Source of the DNA: an uncultured Sphingobacteriaceae bacterium
GTDB taxonomy: Bacteria > Bacteroidota > Bacteroidia > Sphingobacteriales > Sphingobacteriaceae
DNA length: 64,000 nucleotides
Assembly: GCA_964444885.1 (NCBI GenBank)
Contig: CAYUIZ010000001.1
Span: 27,181 to 91,180, forward strand
Direction of reading: 5' to 3'
Both the position numbers and the translations under genes were made by a program. The notes under the pieces are model-generated. The model ran no database searches. It was given only the letters and a program-made list of their open reading frames with translations, and had not been told where the DNA came from. Every line of letters starts with the position of its first letter. Positions within the stretch are counted from its first letter, which is position 1. Shown here piece by piece: positions 9,387 to 19,314 of this stretch.

Positions 9387-11681
9387 ATGTTGGCTACTCG
9401 TGAATTATTCCTATTTTTGCGCACGTACATTACCTTTCATTTTTTTAACGCTTTGCAATTGAAAACACAGGATTTAACCACCGTAGAGACCGCCAAGGAG
9501 CTTGGCTTGTTGGCCGAAGAGTTCGACCGCATTCAGGAAATTCTGGGCCGCGTGCCCAATTTCACGGAGTTGTCTATTTTCTCGGTGATGTGGAGCGAGC
9601 ACTGCTCCTATAAAAACTCCATCGTGTGGTTAAAAACCCTTCCCAAGGAAGGGCCGCATATGCTGGCCGCGGCTGGCGAGGAGAACGCTGGCTTGGTCGA
9701 TATCGGCGATGGCCTAGGCTGTGCCTTTAAAATTGAGTCGCACAACCACCCCTCGGCCCTGGAGCCGTACCAAGGCGCGGCAACGGGCGTTGGCGGTATC
9801 AACCGGGATATTTTCACCATGGGCGCACGCCCGATCGCACAGCTCAATTCCTTACGGTTTGGCGATATCAACCATCCCCGCACCCAATGGCTTATTAAAG
9901 GCGTGGTCAAGGGAATTGGCGACTATGGCAATGCCTTCGGGATTCCCACGGTGGGTGGTGAGGTGTTTTTTGACGATTGCTATCAAGTCAATCCGTTGGT
10001 AAACGCGATGTCCGCTGGTATTGTTAAGGCAGGAGAAACCGTATCGGCTACGTCCTACGGCGTCGGCAACCCGGTTTACATCGTGGGCTCGGCCACGGGC
10101 AAGGACGGCATCCATGGCGCGGCTTTTGCGTCAAAGGACATTACGGAAGATTCCATCAATGACTTGCCCGCCGTACAGGTGGGTGATCCTTTCCAAGAGA
10201 AACTCCTGTTGGAAGCTACCTTGGAAGTTATCCAAACAGGAGCGGTCGTCGGCATGCAGGACATGGGTGCCGCCGGCATCATCTGTTCCAACTCGGAAAT
10301 GTCGGCCAAAGGCGAGCACGGCATGCGTATCGACTTAGATAAGGTGCCCACACGACAGCCCAATATGAAGCCGTACGAAATCCTGCTTTCTGAATCGCAG
10401 GAGCGGATGCTGATTGTGGTGGAGAAAGGCCGGGAGGCTGAGGTAGAGGCCGTATTTGAGAAATGGGACCTGAACTGTGCCATTATCGGTGAGGTGACGG
10501 ATACCCAGCGGCTGGAATACTACATGGGCGGCGAATTGGTCGCTGATGTGCCTGCAGATGATCTGGTGCTGGGCGGCGGCGCACCGGTATACCATCGCGA
10601 GTACAAAGAACCTGCTTATTTCCAAGCATACAAGAAATTCAATATCGCGGACGTGGAAGAGCCCGCCGACCTGCGCGAAGTGGGACGGCACTTGCTGTCG
10701 CATCCGAATATCGCCTCTAAACGCTGGGTGACGCAGCAGTACGACTCCATGGTCGGTGTGGCCAACATGACGGCAAACCGTCCGAGTGATGCGGCAATCG
10801 TAGCGATCAAGGGCACGCAGAAAGCCATCGCACTGACCGTGGATTGCAACGCACGCTACGTCAATGCCGATCCGCAAGTGGGTTGTGCCATTGCGGTGGC
10901 CGAAGCCGCGCGCAACATTACCTGCGCGGGTGGCGAGCCCTCGGCGATTACGAACTGCCTCAACTTTGGCAATCCTTACATTCCGGAAGTGTACTGGCAG
11001 TTCGTTCATGCCATCAAAGGGATGAGCGAAGCCTGCTTGAAGTTTGAAACGCCCGTGACGGGCGGCAACGTTAGCTTCTACAACCAGTCGAGCGATGGCG
11101 GATCGGTATTCCCGACACCGACGATCGGGATGCTCGGCGTACTGGAAGACGCTTCGAATGTGATGACGCTCGACTTTAAGAACGAAGGGGATGTCATTTA
11201 CCTCATTGGCGAGTCAAAAAACGATATCGCATCGTCTGAATATTTGGTGTCTTACCATAAAATCAAGGAGTCGCCGGCACCTTATTTTGATCTGGAAAAG
11301 GAATATGACACGCATCAAATCGTTAAGCAGCTGATTCGTGAGCGTTTGGTGGAGTCGGTGCACGACGTGTCAGACGGTGGTTTATATGTTGCCCTAGCCG
11401 AGTCGGCCATGGCAGGAAAGCGTGGTTTTGCGATCGATACGGACAGTGAAATCCGTAAGGATGCCTTCTTGTTTGGCGAAGCGCAGGGCCGGATCGTAGT
11501 CTCTGTGAAGCCCGAACAGCAAGAAGCGTTCGTGGAGTTGCTGGCGTCGTCCGATATCGAGTTTTCATTGCTTGGCGCGGTGACTAAGAACGGATTTGTC
11601 GTGGATGGTGAGACGTGGGATGCCGTTGCCCAGGCAACCGAGGTTTACGAAAGTGTGTTGCCGAACCTATTAGGCGAATAG
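9387..11681 (+). CDS. purL: Phosphoribosylformylglycinamidine synthase subunit PurL
   Basis: Motifs: EHCSYK, ESHNHPS, GGINRDI, and a duplicated AIR-synthase-like fold. The N-terminal 24 residues look non-native; an in-frame TTG at 9459 is an alternative start. Confidence 0.92.
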   Translation: MLATRELFLFLRTYITFHFFNALQLKTQDLTTVETAKELGLLAEEFDRIQEILGRVPNFTELSIFSVMWSEHCSYKNSIVWLKTLPKEGPHMLAAAGEENAGLVDIGDGLGCAFKIESHNHPSALEPYQGAATGVGGINRDIFTMGARPIAQLNSLRFGDINHPRTQWLIKGVVKGIGDYGNAFGIPTVGGEVFFDDCYQVNPLVNAMSAGIVKAGETVSATSYGVGNPVYIVGSATGKDGIHGAAFASKDITEDSINDLPAVQVGDPFQEKLLLEATLEVIQTGAVVGMQDMGAAGIICSNSEMSAKGEHGMRIDLDKVPTRQPNMKPYEILLSESQERMLIVVEKGREAEVEAVFEKWDLNCAIIGEVTDTQRLEYYMGGELVADVPADDLVLGGGAPVYHREYKEPAYFQAYKKFNIADVEEPADLREVGRHLLSHPNIASKRWVTQQYDSMVGVANMTANRPSDAAIVAIKGTQKAIALTVDCNARYVNADPQVGCAIAVAEAARNITCAGGEPSAITNCLNFGNPYIPEVYWQFVHAIKGMSEACLKFETPVTGGNVSFYNQSSDGGSVFPTPTIGMLGVLEDASNVMTLDFKNEGDVIYLIGESKNDIASSEYLVSYHKIKESPAPYFDLEKEYDTHQIVKQLIRERLVESVHDVSDGGLYVALAESAMAGKRGFAIDTDSEIRKDAFLFGEAQGRIVVSVKPEQQEAFVELLASSDIEFSLLGAVTKNGFVVDGETWDAVAQATEVYESVLPNLLGE

Positions 11682-11726
11682 CGAACGCTACTACACGGCG
11701 GAAAATCGTTTTCCGTCACGGTATAT

Positions 11727-11758
11727 CCCGGAGAGAAGAAATTCTTTCCGGGTTTTTT
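11727..11758 (+). terminator. Rho-independent terminator after purL
   Basis: cccggagagaa/gaaa/ttctttccggg forms an 11-bp stem (one G-U) with a GAAA loop. Six T residues follow (11753-11758). Confidence 0.75.
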
Positions 11759-11939
11759 GTTTTTATCCCTCCAGCTGTGCTTATCAGCAAATAGCGCTTA
11801 GCGCGAGTTTTCCTACCTGCCTGCACGCGGAAAACGCGTGCCTCGAAGAACCGACATCTTATCTGACGAAACTACTGGACAAAACATGAATGTGGCGTGA
11901 GTTAAACGTGACGAGAGTTGCAAACTCGTGCCGAAGGAG

Positions 11940-11997
11940 AAAAATCAACGAAAAATGTTGATTGTTGTTGTTTTGTTCTGATTTTTCGTTGATTTTT
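11940..11997. repeat. Perfect 17-bp inverted repeat with a 24-nt spacer at the edge of the AT-rich island upstream of amtB
   Basis: aaaaatcaacgaaaaat (11940-11956) is the exact reverse complement of atttttcgttgattttt (11981-11997). The spacer holds a third gttgatt copy, and a T-run follows. Its function (attenuator, terminator or operator) is unknown. Confidence 0.6.
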
Positions 11998-12273
11998 TTT
12001 ATGGTTTTAGGTTTTGTTCTGTATTAATGGGTAATTATTTCAAAATTATTCAATTTATCGAGTATATTTTAATAATTGTAGATATCTATAATGGATTTTT
12101 GTTTTATAATATCGTATTAAACTAAGTTTATGTAGTGTTTTTACATAAAAATAGATGTTAAATTGAATTTTTTGAATAAAAAGTAGTGATTGTTTAAAAT
12201 ATTTATACACTTTTGTATTGAACATTGGTATAATTTCAATTTTTAAACTCATTTTCAACCAAAAATTCATTTT

Positions 12274-13584
12274 ATGGAAACAAAAAAATCAATCTTGCCT
12301 TTTTTGCTGCTGCTATCCGTCGCATTTCTGGCATTTTTCTTCCCATCGTTGCCCAGTGGCGAAGAAACAGAAATCGACGGGGCAGACGTTGCCTGGATGC
12401 TTGCCGCGACAGCCTTGGTGTTAATCATGACGCCGGGGCTGGCTTTTTTTTACGGTGGCATGGTCAAAAAGAAGAACGTCATCTCAACGATGTTCCAAAG
12501 CTTTATTTGTATGGCCGTGGTTGCGGTCATGTGGGTGGTGTTCGGTTTTAGTCTCGTCTTTGGCGAGTCTGTCGGCGGCATTATCGGCAATCCCGCCACC
12601 TTCTTTATGTTTGAAGGTGTGGTAGGGGGACCCAACTGGGAGGGGGCGCCGACGATTCCTTTCGCTTTGTTCGCGATGTACCAGCTCAAGTTTGCGATCA
12701 TCACGCCGGCACTGATCACAGGTGCTTTCGCTGAGCGGATCCGGTTTAAGTCGTACATCCTGTTCATCGTGTTGTTTTTCATCTTTATTTACGCGCCTTT
12801 GGCCCACGCCACCTGGCATCCTGACGGCGTATTGGCCGGGATGGGCGTGTTAGACTTCGCGGGCGGTACGGTCGTGCACATGTCGGCCGGCGTTACGGCT
12901 TTGGCATCGGCGCTGTATCTCAAACGCGGTAACGACGCCAGCGGATCAAACCCGGCGCGGGTAACCTATGTCATCCTGGGTACAGGTTTGCTATGGTTCG
13001 GTTGGTTTGGATTCAACGCGGGCTCGGCGTTCGGCGCTAACGGCCTAGCGGCATCGGCCCTGGCTACCACGAGTACGGCATCCGGTGCCGCGGCGCTGGC
13101 CTGGATTTTCTTCGACGCGGCACGCGGCAAGAAGCCCACCGCCGTGGGCGTGTGTATCGGCGTAGTCGTCGGCTTGGTGGCCATTACACCCGCTGCCGGA
13201 TTCGTTACCGTTAGCCATTCCCTCATTATCGGCGTCGTGGCGGCCATTATCAGCCGGCTCGTTGTCGAGTGGCGGACGCGTTCAGGTGTGGATGATACGC
13301 TTGACGTATTTCCTAGCCATGGTGTAGGCGGGATGGTCGGTATGGTGCTGACAGGCGTATTTGCAACGCATACGATCAATGACGCAGTGGCTACGGATGG
13401 GCTGTTTTTCGGTGAAACGGGTTTGTTTGTTGCTCATATAATCGGCTTGGTAGGCGCGGTAGCCTTCACCTTCCTGATGGCACTAGCCCTGCTTAAACTA
13501 ACCGACTTGGTCATCCGGTTGCGGGTGACGCCCGACGAGGAGGAGCGTGGTTTGGATATCACCCAACACGGCGAGACCCTCTAG
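12274..13584 (+). CDS. amtB: Ammonium transporter
   Basis: Motifs: AWMLAATALVLIMTPGLAFFYGG, DFAGGTVVHMSAG, WFGWFGFNAGS, FPSHGVGGMVG. About 11 TM helices. Confidence 0.92.
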   Translation: METKKSILPFLLLLSVAFLAFFFPSLPSGEETEIDGADVAWMLAATALVLIMTPGLAFFYGGMVKKKNVISTMFQSFICMAVVAVMWVVFGFSLVFGESVGGIIGNPATFFMFEGVVGGPNWEGAPTIPFALFAMYQLKFAIITPALITGAFAERIRFKSYILFIVLFFIFIYAPLAHATWHPDGVLAGMGVLDFAGGTVVHMSAGVTALASALYLKRGNDASGSNPARVTYVILGTGLLWFGWFGFNAGSAFGANGLAASALATTSTASGAAALAWIFFDAARGKKPTAVGVCIGVVVGLVAITPAAGFVTVSHSLIIGVVAAIISRLVVEWRTRSGVDDTLDVFPSHGVGGMVGMVLTGVFATHTINDAVATDGLFFGETGLFVAHIIGLVGAVAFTFLMALALLKLTDLVIRLRVTPDEEERGLDITQHGETL

Positions 13585-13711
13585 TGAACAGTTTTATAGG
13601 TTGGGCGGGAGTAGCGCTGGCGCAATCGCCTGCACTACCCCGAACGCAACCCATGTTTAACCGCTTTGGTTAAGTAGGTCTGGAAAACTACGCTTAACGC
13701 AAAGCCAACTA

Positions 13712-14749
13712 ATGAATACAAAGATGAAAAATTTTTTTGTGCTGGGAAGCCTCTTGTTGTTGGGCGCCCCAGCGATGGGACAGGATTTGGGCTTGTCGAT
13801 TTCGGGATCGGTCGATGCCTATTATAAATACGGCCTTTCCGGATACCGGGACGAAAGCGGGATGAGCAACATCCGTACGGCATTTGCCAACGAACAGAAT
13901 TCCGTTTCCCTGGGTATGATCAACCTAATTGTGGGGAAAACGGTGGGGAAAGCTTCTTTTGTCGGCGATGTATCCTTCGGTCCGCGCGGCCAGTACCAGT
14001 CCCTGCTGAACGGGGATGACGGCAACTCGTTCAATATACAGAACCTGTATATGAACTACGCATTTTCCGAAAAGTTCTCGATGACGGCGGGTTTTATGGG
14101 TACGTTTATCGGGTATGAGGTCATCTCGCCCGTCAGCAACTTCCATTATTCAACGTCCTACCTGTTTTCGGCAGGTCCGTTTCAGAATGCCGGCATCAAG
14201 GCGACCTACGCGTTTTCGGATCGGGTGTCGCTGATGGCAGGTTTATTTAACGACTGGAATGCGTACCAGGATTTTGACGGCGTGTCGGATTTCGGCGCAC
14301 AGCTGGCGGTATCGCCGGTAGACGGCTGGGATGCGTATGTCAATTTCCTGACGGGCTCGACGGGTACGATCGTGGATTTAACCACGGCATACCAAGTGTC
14401 GGACGCGGTTAAAGTCGGGCTAAACGCAGCTGATTTCTCGGACGCCGGGTCTGACGAAGGCGGCTATGCAGGCGGTGCGCTGTACCTCGAGTACGGCTTC
14501 TCCGACCGCCTTGCATTCGGGGCAAGAGGTGAGTATTACGCGGAAAAGGAAGCAGGTTGGGCTTTCGTGGAGGGCGGCGAGTCCGTTGTGGGCGTCACGA
14601 TATCGGCGCATACCAAGGCCGGGCCCCTTACCGTAATTCCCGAATTCCGGATCGATAACGGGTCGCAGCCCATGTTTTTCAAAAATATGGATCTGGGTAC
14701 GACGAAAAGCACGTCGCAATTTTCACTAGCGCTCGTCTACGCTTTCTAA
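13712..14749 (+). CDS. Outer-membrane beta-barrel porin (OmpL-like / bbp2-type)
   Basis: Signal peptide (LLLLGAPAMGQ), alternating beta-strand pattern, and a C-terminal aromatic ending LALVYAF. This type is often found beside amtB in Bacteroidota (from memory). Confidence 0.6.
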   Translation: MNTKMKNFFVLGSLLLLGAPAMGQDLGLSISGSVDAYYKYGLSGYRDESGMSNIRTAFANEQNSVSLGMINLIVGKTVGKASFVGDVSFGPRGQYQSLLNGDDGNSFNIQNLYMNYAFSEKFSMTAGFMGTFIGYEVISPVSNFHYSTSYLFSAGPFQNAGIKATYAFSDRVSLMAGLFNDWNAYQDFDGVSDFGAQLAVSPVDGWDAYVNFLTGSTGTIVDLTTAYQVSDAVKVGLNAADFSDAGSDEGGYAGGALYLEYGFSDRLAFGARGEYYAEKEAGWAFVEGGESVVGVTISAHTKAGPLTVIPEFRIDNGSQPMFFKNMDLGTTKSTSQFSLALVYAF

Positions 14750-14779
14750 GCGGAGCCTAAAGCTGTCTGCTCTATTTCG

Positions 14780-14824
14780 AAAGCACCGAACAGGACCATC
14801 GCCTGTTCGGTGCTTTCTTTTCGT
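14780..14824 (+). terminator. Rho-independent terminator after the porin gene
   Basis: 15-bp perfect stem aaagcaccgaacagg / cctgttcggtgcttt (14780-14794 / 14802-14816). A T-rich tract cttttcgtt follows. Confidence 0.7.
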
Positions 14825-14969
14825 TCGTGCGGTGGGCCCCACCGCTTTGTCAGCCCCAGTCGAAATATTTCTGCCATCCTGTCGCATTCCGGGCCAATGG
14901 AACATTTGTTGGTCAGGAGATCATGGATAATAAATACTACTAAAAACACATTAAATAAACCAGATAGCT

Positions 14970-16880
14970 ATGGCAACAACACAAGCAAACTTGTCGGAAA
15001 CGGGCAATATTTCGATCCATACCGAGAATATATTCCCCGTCATCAAGAAGTTTTTGTATTCGGATAATGAAATTTTCCTGCGCGAGCTGGTGGCCAATGC
15101 CGTGGACGCCACGCAAAAGATTAAGCGCCTTTCCTCGCTGGGGCAATTTTCCGGCGAACTGTCCGATCTGACGGTAGACGTGTCCTTTGACGAAAAAGCC
15201 AAAACGATCACGATTTCAGACCGGGGCATCGGCATGACTGCCGAAGAAATCAAGAAATACATCAACCAGATCGCGTTTTCGGGCGCGACCGAGTTTGTCG
15301 AGAAATTTAAGGAAGCCAAAGATGCCAATGAAATTATCGGCAAGTTTGGTCTTGGTTTCTATTCCGCCTTTATGGTGGCAGATACCGTAGAGATTCAGAG
15401 CCTCTCGTACCAAGAGGGAGCCACGCCGGCCCGTTGGGTGTGTGACGGAAGCACGGCCTACGAGATCAGCGAGGGTACCCGCACCGAGCGCGGTACCGAT
15501 ATCATCCTGCATATCAACAGTGATTCGGAAGAGTTCTTGGATAAGTCCAGGCTCCAAGATATCCTGGACAAGTATGGAAAATTCCTGCCTATTCCCATCC
15601 GTTTCGGAACGCGCACGACGAGTGAGCCGGACGGCGAGGACGAAGAGGGCAAACCGAAATACAAGTCGGTGGAGGTAGACAACATCATCAACAATACCCA
15701 CCCCGCCTGGACCAAGGCACCTTCCGAACTGACCGACGAGGACTATCTGGCGTTCTACCGCGAGCTCTATCCGTACTCCATGGATGAGCCGCTTTTCTGG
15801 ATTCACCTCAATGTGGATTATCCGTTTAACCTGACGGGAATTCTCTATTTCCCGAAACTCAAGAACGATTTCGAGGTACAGCGCAACAAGATCAAGCTGT
15901 ATTCGCGCCAAGTGTTTATCACCGACGAGGTGAAGGATATCGTCCCCGAATTCCTGATGCTGCTGCATGGCGTGATCGACTCGCCGGATATTCCGCTGAA
16001 CGTGTCGCGGAGTTTTCTGCAGGCCGATAGCAACGTGAAGAAAATCAATACCTACATCACCAAGAAAGTGGGTGATAAGCTGGCGGAGATCTTTAAAGCC
16101 GACCGTAAAGGATTTGAGGAAAAATGGAAAAACATCGGGCTGTTCGTTAAGTACGGCATGCTCAGCGATGATAAATTCGCTGAGAAAGCGACCGATTTCT
16201 GCCTGCTCCAGAATACCGAAGGCGAGTTTTATACCGCGAAGGAATACGCCGCCAACGTGAAAGACATCCAACAGGATAAGGACGGCAATGTGGTGTACCT
16301 CTACACGAGCGATGCCGCACAGCAAGACAGCTATATCGCTACGGCAAAAGGCAAAGGCTATGACGTACTTGTCCTCGATTCGCCCATCGACAGCCATTTT
16401 GTGGCCTACCTGGAGCAAAAGAACGAAAAAACGCAGCTGAAGCGCGTGGATGCGGACGTGATCGACAAGCTGATCCAAAAAGAAGAGACCAAAACGCTGG
16501 AGCTTACTGAAGAGGAAAGCAAGCAGGCGGTTTCCGTCTTCGAGAAAGCGATCAGCAAGGATAACATGAAAGTGGAAGTAGAGGCTCTCAGCGCGGACGA
16601 ATTGCCGGTAACGGTGACCGTCGACGAGTTTATGCGGCGCATGAAGGACATGGCGCAGACGGGCGGCGGAATGAGCTTCTACGGCACGATGCCCGACAAC
16701 TACAAGGTGACCGTAAACGGAAACCACCCGCTCATTAAACGGATCGCGACGGGCGAAAACGAGGAAGAGAAGGAACAACTGGCCAAGCAAGCCTTCGATT
16801 TGGCAATGCTCTCGCGCGGCTTGCTCACTGGCGCTGAACTGACTAACTTCGTCAAGCGCAGTGTCAACATGATCGGGTAG
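14970..16880 (+). CDS. htpG: Molecular chaperone HtpG (Hsp90)
   Basis: Motifs: FLRELVANAVDA, ISDRGIGMT, GKFGLGFYSAF, LNVSRSFLQ. 636 aa. Confidence 0.95.
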   Translation: MATTQANLSETGNISIHTENIFPVIKKFLYSDNEIFLRELVANAVDATQKIKRLSSLGQFSGELSDLTVDVSFDEKAKTITISDRGIGMTAEEIKKYINQIAFSGATEFVEKFKEAKDANEIIGKFGLGFYSAFMVADTVEIQSLSYQEGATPARWVCDGSTAYEISEGTRTERGTDIILHINSDSEEFLDKSRLQDILDKYGKFLPIPIRFGTRTTSEPDGEDEEGKPKYKSVEVDNIINNTHPAWTKAPSELTDEDYLAFYRELYPYSMDEPLFWIHLNVDYPFNLTGILYFPKLKNDFEVQRNKIKLYSRQVFITDEVKDIVPEFLMLLHGVIDSPDIPLNVSRSFLQADSNVKKINTYITKKVGDKLAEIFKADRKGFEEKWKNIGLFVKYGMLSDDKFAEKATDFCLLQNTEGEFYTAKEYAANVKDIQQDKDGNVVYLYTSDAAQQDSYIATAKGKGYDVLVLDSPIDSHFVAYLEQKNEKTQLKRVDADVIDKLIQKEETKTLELTEEESKQAVSVFEKAISKDNMKVEVEALSADELPVTVTVDEFMRRMKDMAQTGGGMSFYGTMPDNYKVTVNGNHPLIKRIATGENEEEKEQLAKQAFDLAMLSRGLLTGAELTNFVKRSVNMIG

Positions 16881-16889
16881 CCGAACCCC

Positions 16890-16932
16890 AACCTGACGGG
16901 TTTCGCAAACCTGTCAGGTTTGATGTTTTTTT
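16890..16932 (+). terminator. Rho-independent terminator after htpG
   Basis: aacctgacgggttt / cgc / aaacctgtcaggtt forms a long hairpin. It is followed by tgatgttttttt. Confidence 0.7.
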
Positions 16933-16978
16933 AGTTGCTACATATTGGTTTAATTGTTATTTTTGCACAATAATAAAC

Positions 16979-17053
16979 GGTAGGTATAGCTCAGTTGGTT
17001 AGAGCACTAGATTGTGGTTCTAGGGGTCGTGGGTTCGAGTCCCATTACTTACC
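16979..17053 (+). tRNA. tRNA-His (anticodon GTG) with genome-encoded G-1; no encoded CCA
   Basis: Hand-folded cloverleaf: G-1, acceptor gtaggta/tacttac (one G-U), U8, D arm gctc-agttggtta-gagc, anticodon arm ctaga-ttGTGgt-tctag, variable loop gggtc, T arm gtggg-ttcgagt-cccat, discriminator C. 75 nt in total. Confidence 0.9.
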
Positions 17054-17058
17054 CGCAA

Positions 17059-17087
17059 AGCGAAGATGAAAGTCTTCGCTTTTTTTA
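17059..17087 (+). terminator. Rho-independent terminator after tRNA-His
   Basis: agcgaaga / tgaaag / tcttcgct forms an 8-bp perfect stem. Seven T residues follow. Confidence 0.75.
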
Positions 17088-17496
17088 TGCGCTGTTATGA
17101 TCGCTGGGCCGATGTCGCCGCGGGCCTGCTTAACAGGATACTGGGACTTGTATCGGGTTCAAAAACCAATTATTGATCGGCAATCCTTTTTTAACGGTTT
17201 CGGGATAAAGAACGGTAAGCTATTGGAAACAAGATCAAGCCCCAACGGGGCGATATCACGCAAAGGAGGGAGCAGCCCACCGTATTCCGATGCGACAGGG
17301 GAGAGGTAGCGAAATTTAACCTCAACGGATTGCCTGCCAGGCTTCGCTCCAATCCGATTTTTTGTGCGCGCACTTGCTCAATGATGCGTTTGCCCTCCGA
17401 TTTTTCACCTAACTTGCCGGTCATGTTGTGCATTTTTTTACATTTGCCCCCACACCCAGGTCGGCGATAACCGAACGGTGGACGATAACCCTTGAT

Positions 17497-18237
17497 ATGA
17501 TCCCTCTCACTACCACAGCAAACCGACTTGCCGAGCAAGTTTTTACCCAAGCGCAAGCCTTGTTTTTCCAAGCTACCGATCCAGGCAAGGCTAGGGTATT
17601 GCAGGCTAAGATCGATAACCTGACCTATTTGTCGCGCAAAGACCTGATGAACCTCTACCGTGCCGTACGCCAAGTGGAGCAGGCGGGTGTGCCCGGCATT
17701 TTTGTCGAAGCGGGCTGTGCCTTGGGTGGTTCTTCCATCGCTATTGGCACGGCGAAGGCCAACGAGCGGCCATTTCGCGTGTACGATGCATTTGGCATGA
17801 TTCCGCCGCCTTCGGCGAAAGACGATGCCGATGTGCATGCGCGCTACGAAGAAATCAAAAGCGGACAGTCTAAAGGATTGGGCGATGATACATATTACGG
17901 GTACGTCGAAAACCTGCAGGAGGTCGTGGCTTCCAACTTGGCCCGCTACGGCGTACCGGTAGATGAGCATAGTATCCGCCTGATCAAGGGCTATTTTGAG
18001 GATACGCTCTACATCACCGAGCCCGTGGCGTTTGCCCATATCGACTGCGATTGGTATGCATCCGTTATGACCTGCCTCTTGCAGCTTGCGCCCAACCTAT
18101 CGCCAGGTGGGGTGATGGTGTTTGATGATTACTCGGACTGGTCGGGATGCCGCGTGGCGGTAGACGAATATTTTCGCGATAAAGACGGGTATCACCTCGC
18201 CATGAAAGGGCGGAAACTCCATGTAACCAAGGCTTAG
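17497..18237 (+). CDS. TylF/macrocin-O-methyltransferase-like class I SAM-dependent methyltransferase
   Basis: Motifs: GIFVEAGCALGGSS (SAM-binding glycine loop), AHIDCDWYAS, GGVMVFDDY. I chose the start at MIPLTT (ATG 17497); the ORF extends to 17428. Confidence 0.7.
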   Translation: MIPLTTTANRLAEQVFTQAQALFFQATDPGKARVLQAKIDNLTYLSRKDLMNLYRAVRQVEQAGVPGIFVEAGCALGGSSIAIGTAKANERPFRVYDAFGMIPPPSAKDDADVHARYEEIKSGQSKGLGDDTYYGYVENLQEVVASNLARYGVPVDEHSIRLIKGYFEDTLYITEPVAFAHIDCDWYASVMTCLLQLAPNLSPGGVMVFDDYSDWSGCRVAVDEYFRDKDGYHLAMKGRKLHVTKA

Positions 18238-18593
18238 GGCACCGCAAACGGCGAAGGTGGCTGGCGTGGGCTAGGGCAAGCTACGGTGTGCACATACGTT
18301 TATGGATCTGAAATTCAACGAGGTGCGATGCAGTCGCACCGCTCGTTATATCCTCGCTACCATCGAGGACGGGATTACTTTTTTATTTTAATCGTCCCGC
18401 TTATTCATAATCGTCGTTTGTTTTCGGCATTATCCGATGCGTGAATGACCTCATCATCTTCGGTTCATGATTTCGCACTGCTCGATTTATACCGTAGCAG
18501 GGCACGGCGAGCCGTACCTCATTTCTTCGCGAAGGGCGTGCAAACAACCCGGCGTTTTCTTTGTATTTTAGCTAAGCAAAAGTACGTCGCATT

Positions 18594-19235
18594 ATGGAAC
18601 TATTACCCGAATATGATGATTTGATGAACGCCCTGGTGGCGATACTCTGCGGCAGCATGGTGGGAGCGGAGCGGGAGATCAAAAACAAAGCGGCTGGGCT
18701 CCGCACGGTGGTGCTGATATGCTTGGGGGCAGCGGTATTCACGATGATGTCCGGATTCGGGACGACGAGTGACGACCGTATAGCTGCCAACATCATTACG
18801 GGTATCGGTTTCATCGGAGCCGGGGTCATCTTCAAAGGCAAAGTTTCCGTGCAGGGTCTGACCACCGCGGCGGTGATCTGGATTGCGGCCGGTATCGGCA
18901 TGGTAGCGGGTAGCGGTTATTACCAGTTGGCTTTCATGCTGACGGTCTGTACACTGCTGATCCTTACGGTATTTAGCCGCCTGGAAGTGTTCTTTGCGAA
19001 CAATTACTGGACCTCGAGCCTTTCGGTGACCTTTGAAAGCACGGACCTCCAGAATTTTGCTGACCTGCAGCAATTGGCCGAGGAATATGGTGTGCGCACC
19101 AAGCGCAAAACCATCAGCAAAAGCAACGGCAGGCTGTCGCTGGTGATCGAAGTGAGCGGCAAGCGGCGCAACATCTCCGAATTTAATGACGCCCTGATGC
19201 GGAAGCCTACCGTAAAGGAGTTTTTCTACAGTTAG
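18594..19235 (+). CDS. MgtC/SapB family membrane protein
   Basis: Motifs: GAEREIKNKAAGLRT, ITGIGFIGAGVIF, TTAAVIWIAAGIGMVAGSGYY. A soluble ACT-like C-terminal domain is also present. Confidence 0.85.
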   Translation: MELLPEYDDLMNALVAILCGSMVGAEREIKNKAAGLRTVVLICLGAAVFTMMSGFGTTSDDRIAANIITGIGFIGAGVIFKGKVSVQGLTTAAVIWIAAGIGMVAGSGYYQLAFMLTVCTLLILTVFSRLEVFFANNYWTSSLSVTFESTDLQNFADLQQLAEEYGVRTKRKTISKSNGRLSLVIEVSGKRRNISEFNDALMRKPTVKEFFYS

Positions 19236-19250
19236 TTTTTAGCACAACAA

Positions 19251-19282
19251 AAAAGACCCGCGACACATGCCGCAGGTCTTTT
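19251..19282. terminator. Bidirectional terminator hairpin between convergent mgtC-like and DUF4374 genes
   Basis: aaaagacccgcg / acacatgc / cgcaggtctttt (one C-A mismatch). An A-run lies on the 5' side and a T-run on the 3' side. A second small hairpin cccttcc..ggaaggg lies at 19291-19306. Confidence 0.6.
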
Positions 19283-19314
19283 GCGTTTTGCCCTTCCGGG
19301 GAAGGGGCTAGTTG

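Noticed and set aside
10335-11009. 224-aa minus-strand ORF inside purL. The same applies to similar 190-260-aa antisense ORFs at 24056-24736, 30473-31093, 34813-35586, 47140-47814, 54724-55362, 59731-60348 and 60854-61432
   Set aside because: All are nested antisense or off-frame within genes whose sense-strand products have strong family motifs.
11890-11960. Possible glutamine (glnA-type) riboswitch upstream of amtB, suggested by the string ccgaaggag
   Set aside because: Only a short CCGAAGGA-like fragment matches my memory of the consensus. I could not build the flanking P1 helix or find the GGAAGUAGG element. This needs an Infernal scan before any claim.
12055-12270. 71-aa minus-strand ORF in the AT-rich island
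   Set aside because: It is a K/Y/I/F/L-rich product of ~18 % G+C DNA with no start context. An open frame here is expected by chance in sequence poor in G/C-containing stop contexts.
15216-16790. 524-aa ORF on the minus strand
   Set aside because: It is entirely antisense to htpG, whose product has unmistakable Hsp90 motifs. The antisense translation is R/H/L/V-rich with no motif. This is a typical stop-poor antisense frame in G+C-rich coding DNA.
17191-18039. 282-aa minus-strand ORF
   Set aside because: Most of it is antisense to the TylF-like methyltransferase. Only its last ~78 codons (17191-17424) lie in intergenic DNA, and that part has no recognisable features.
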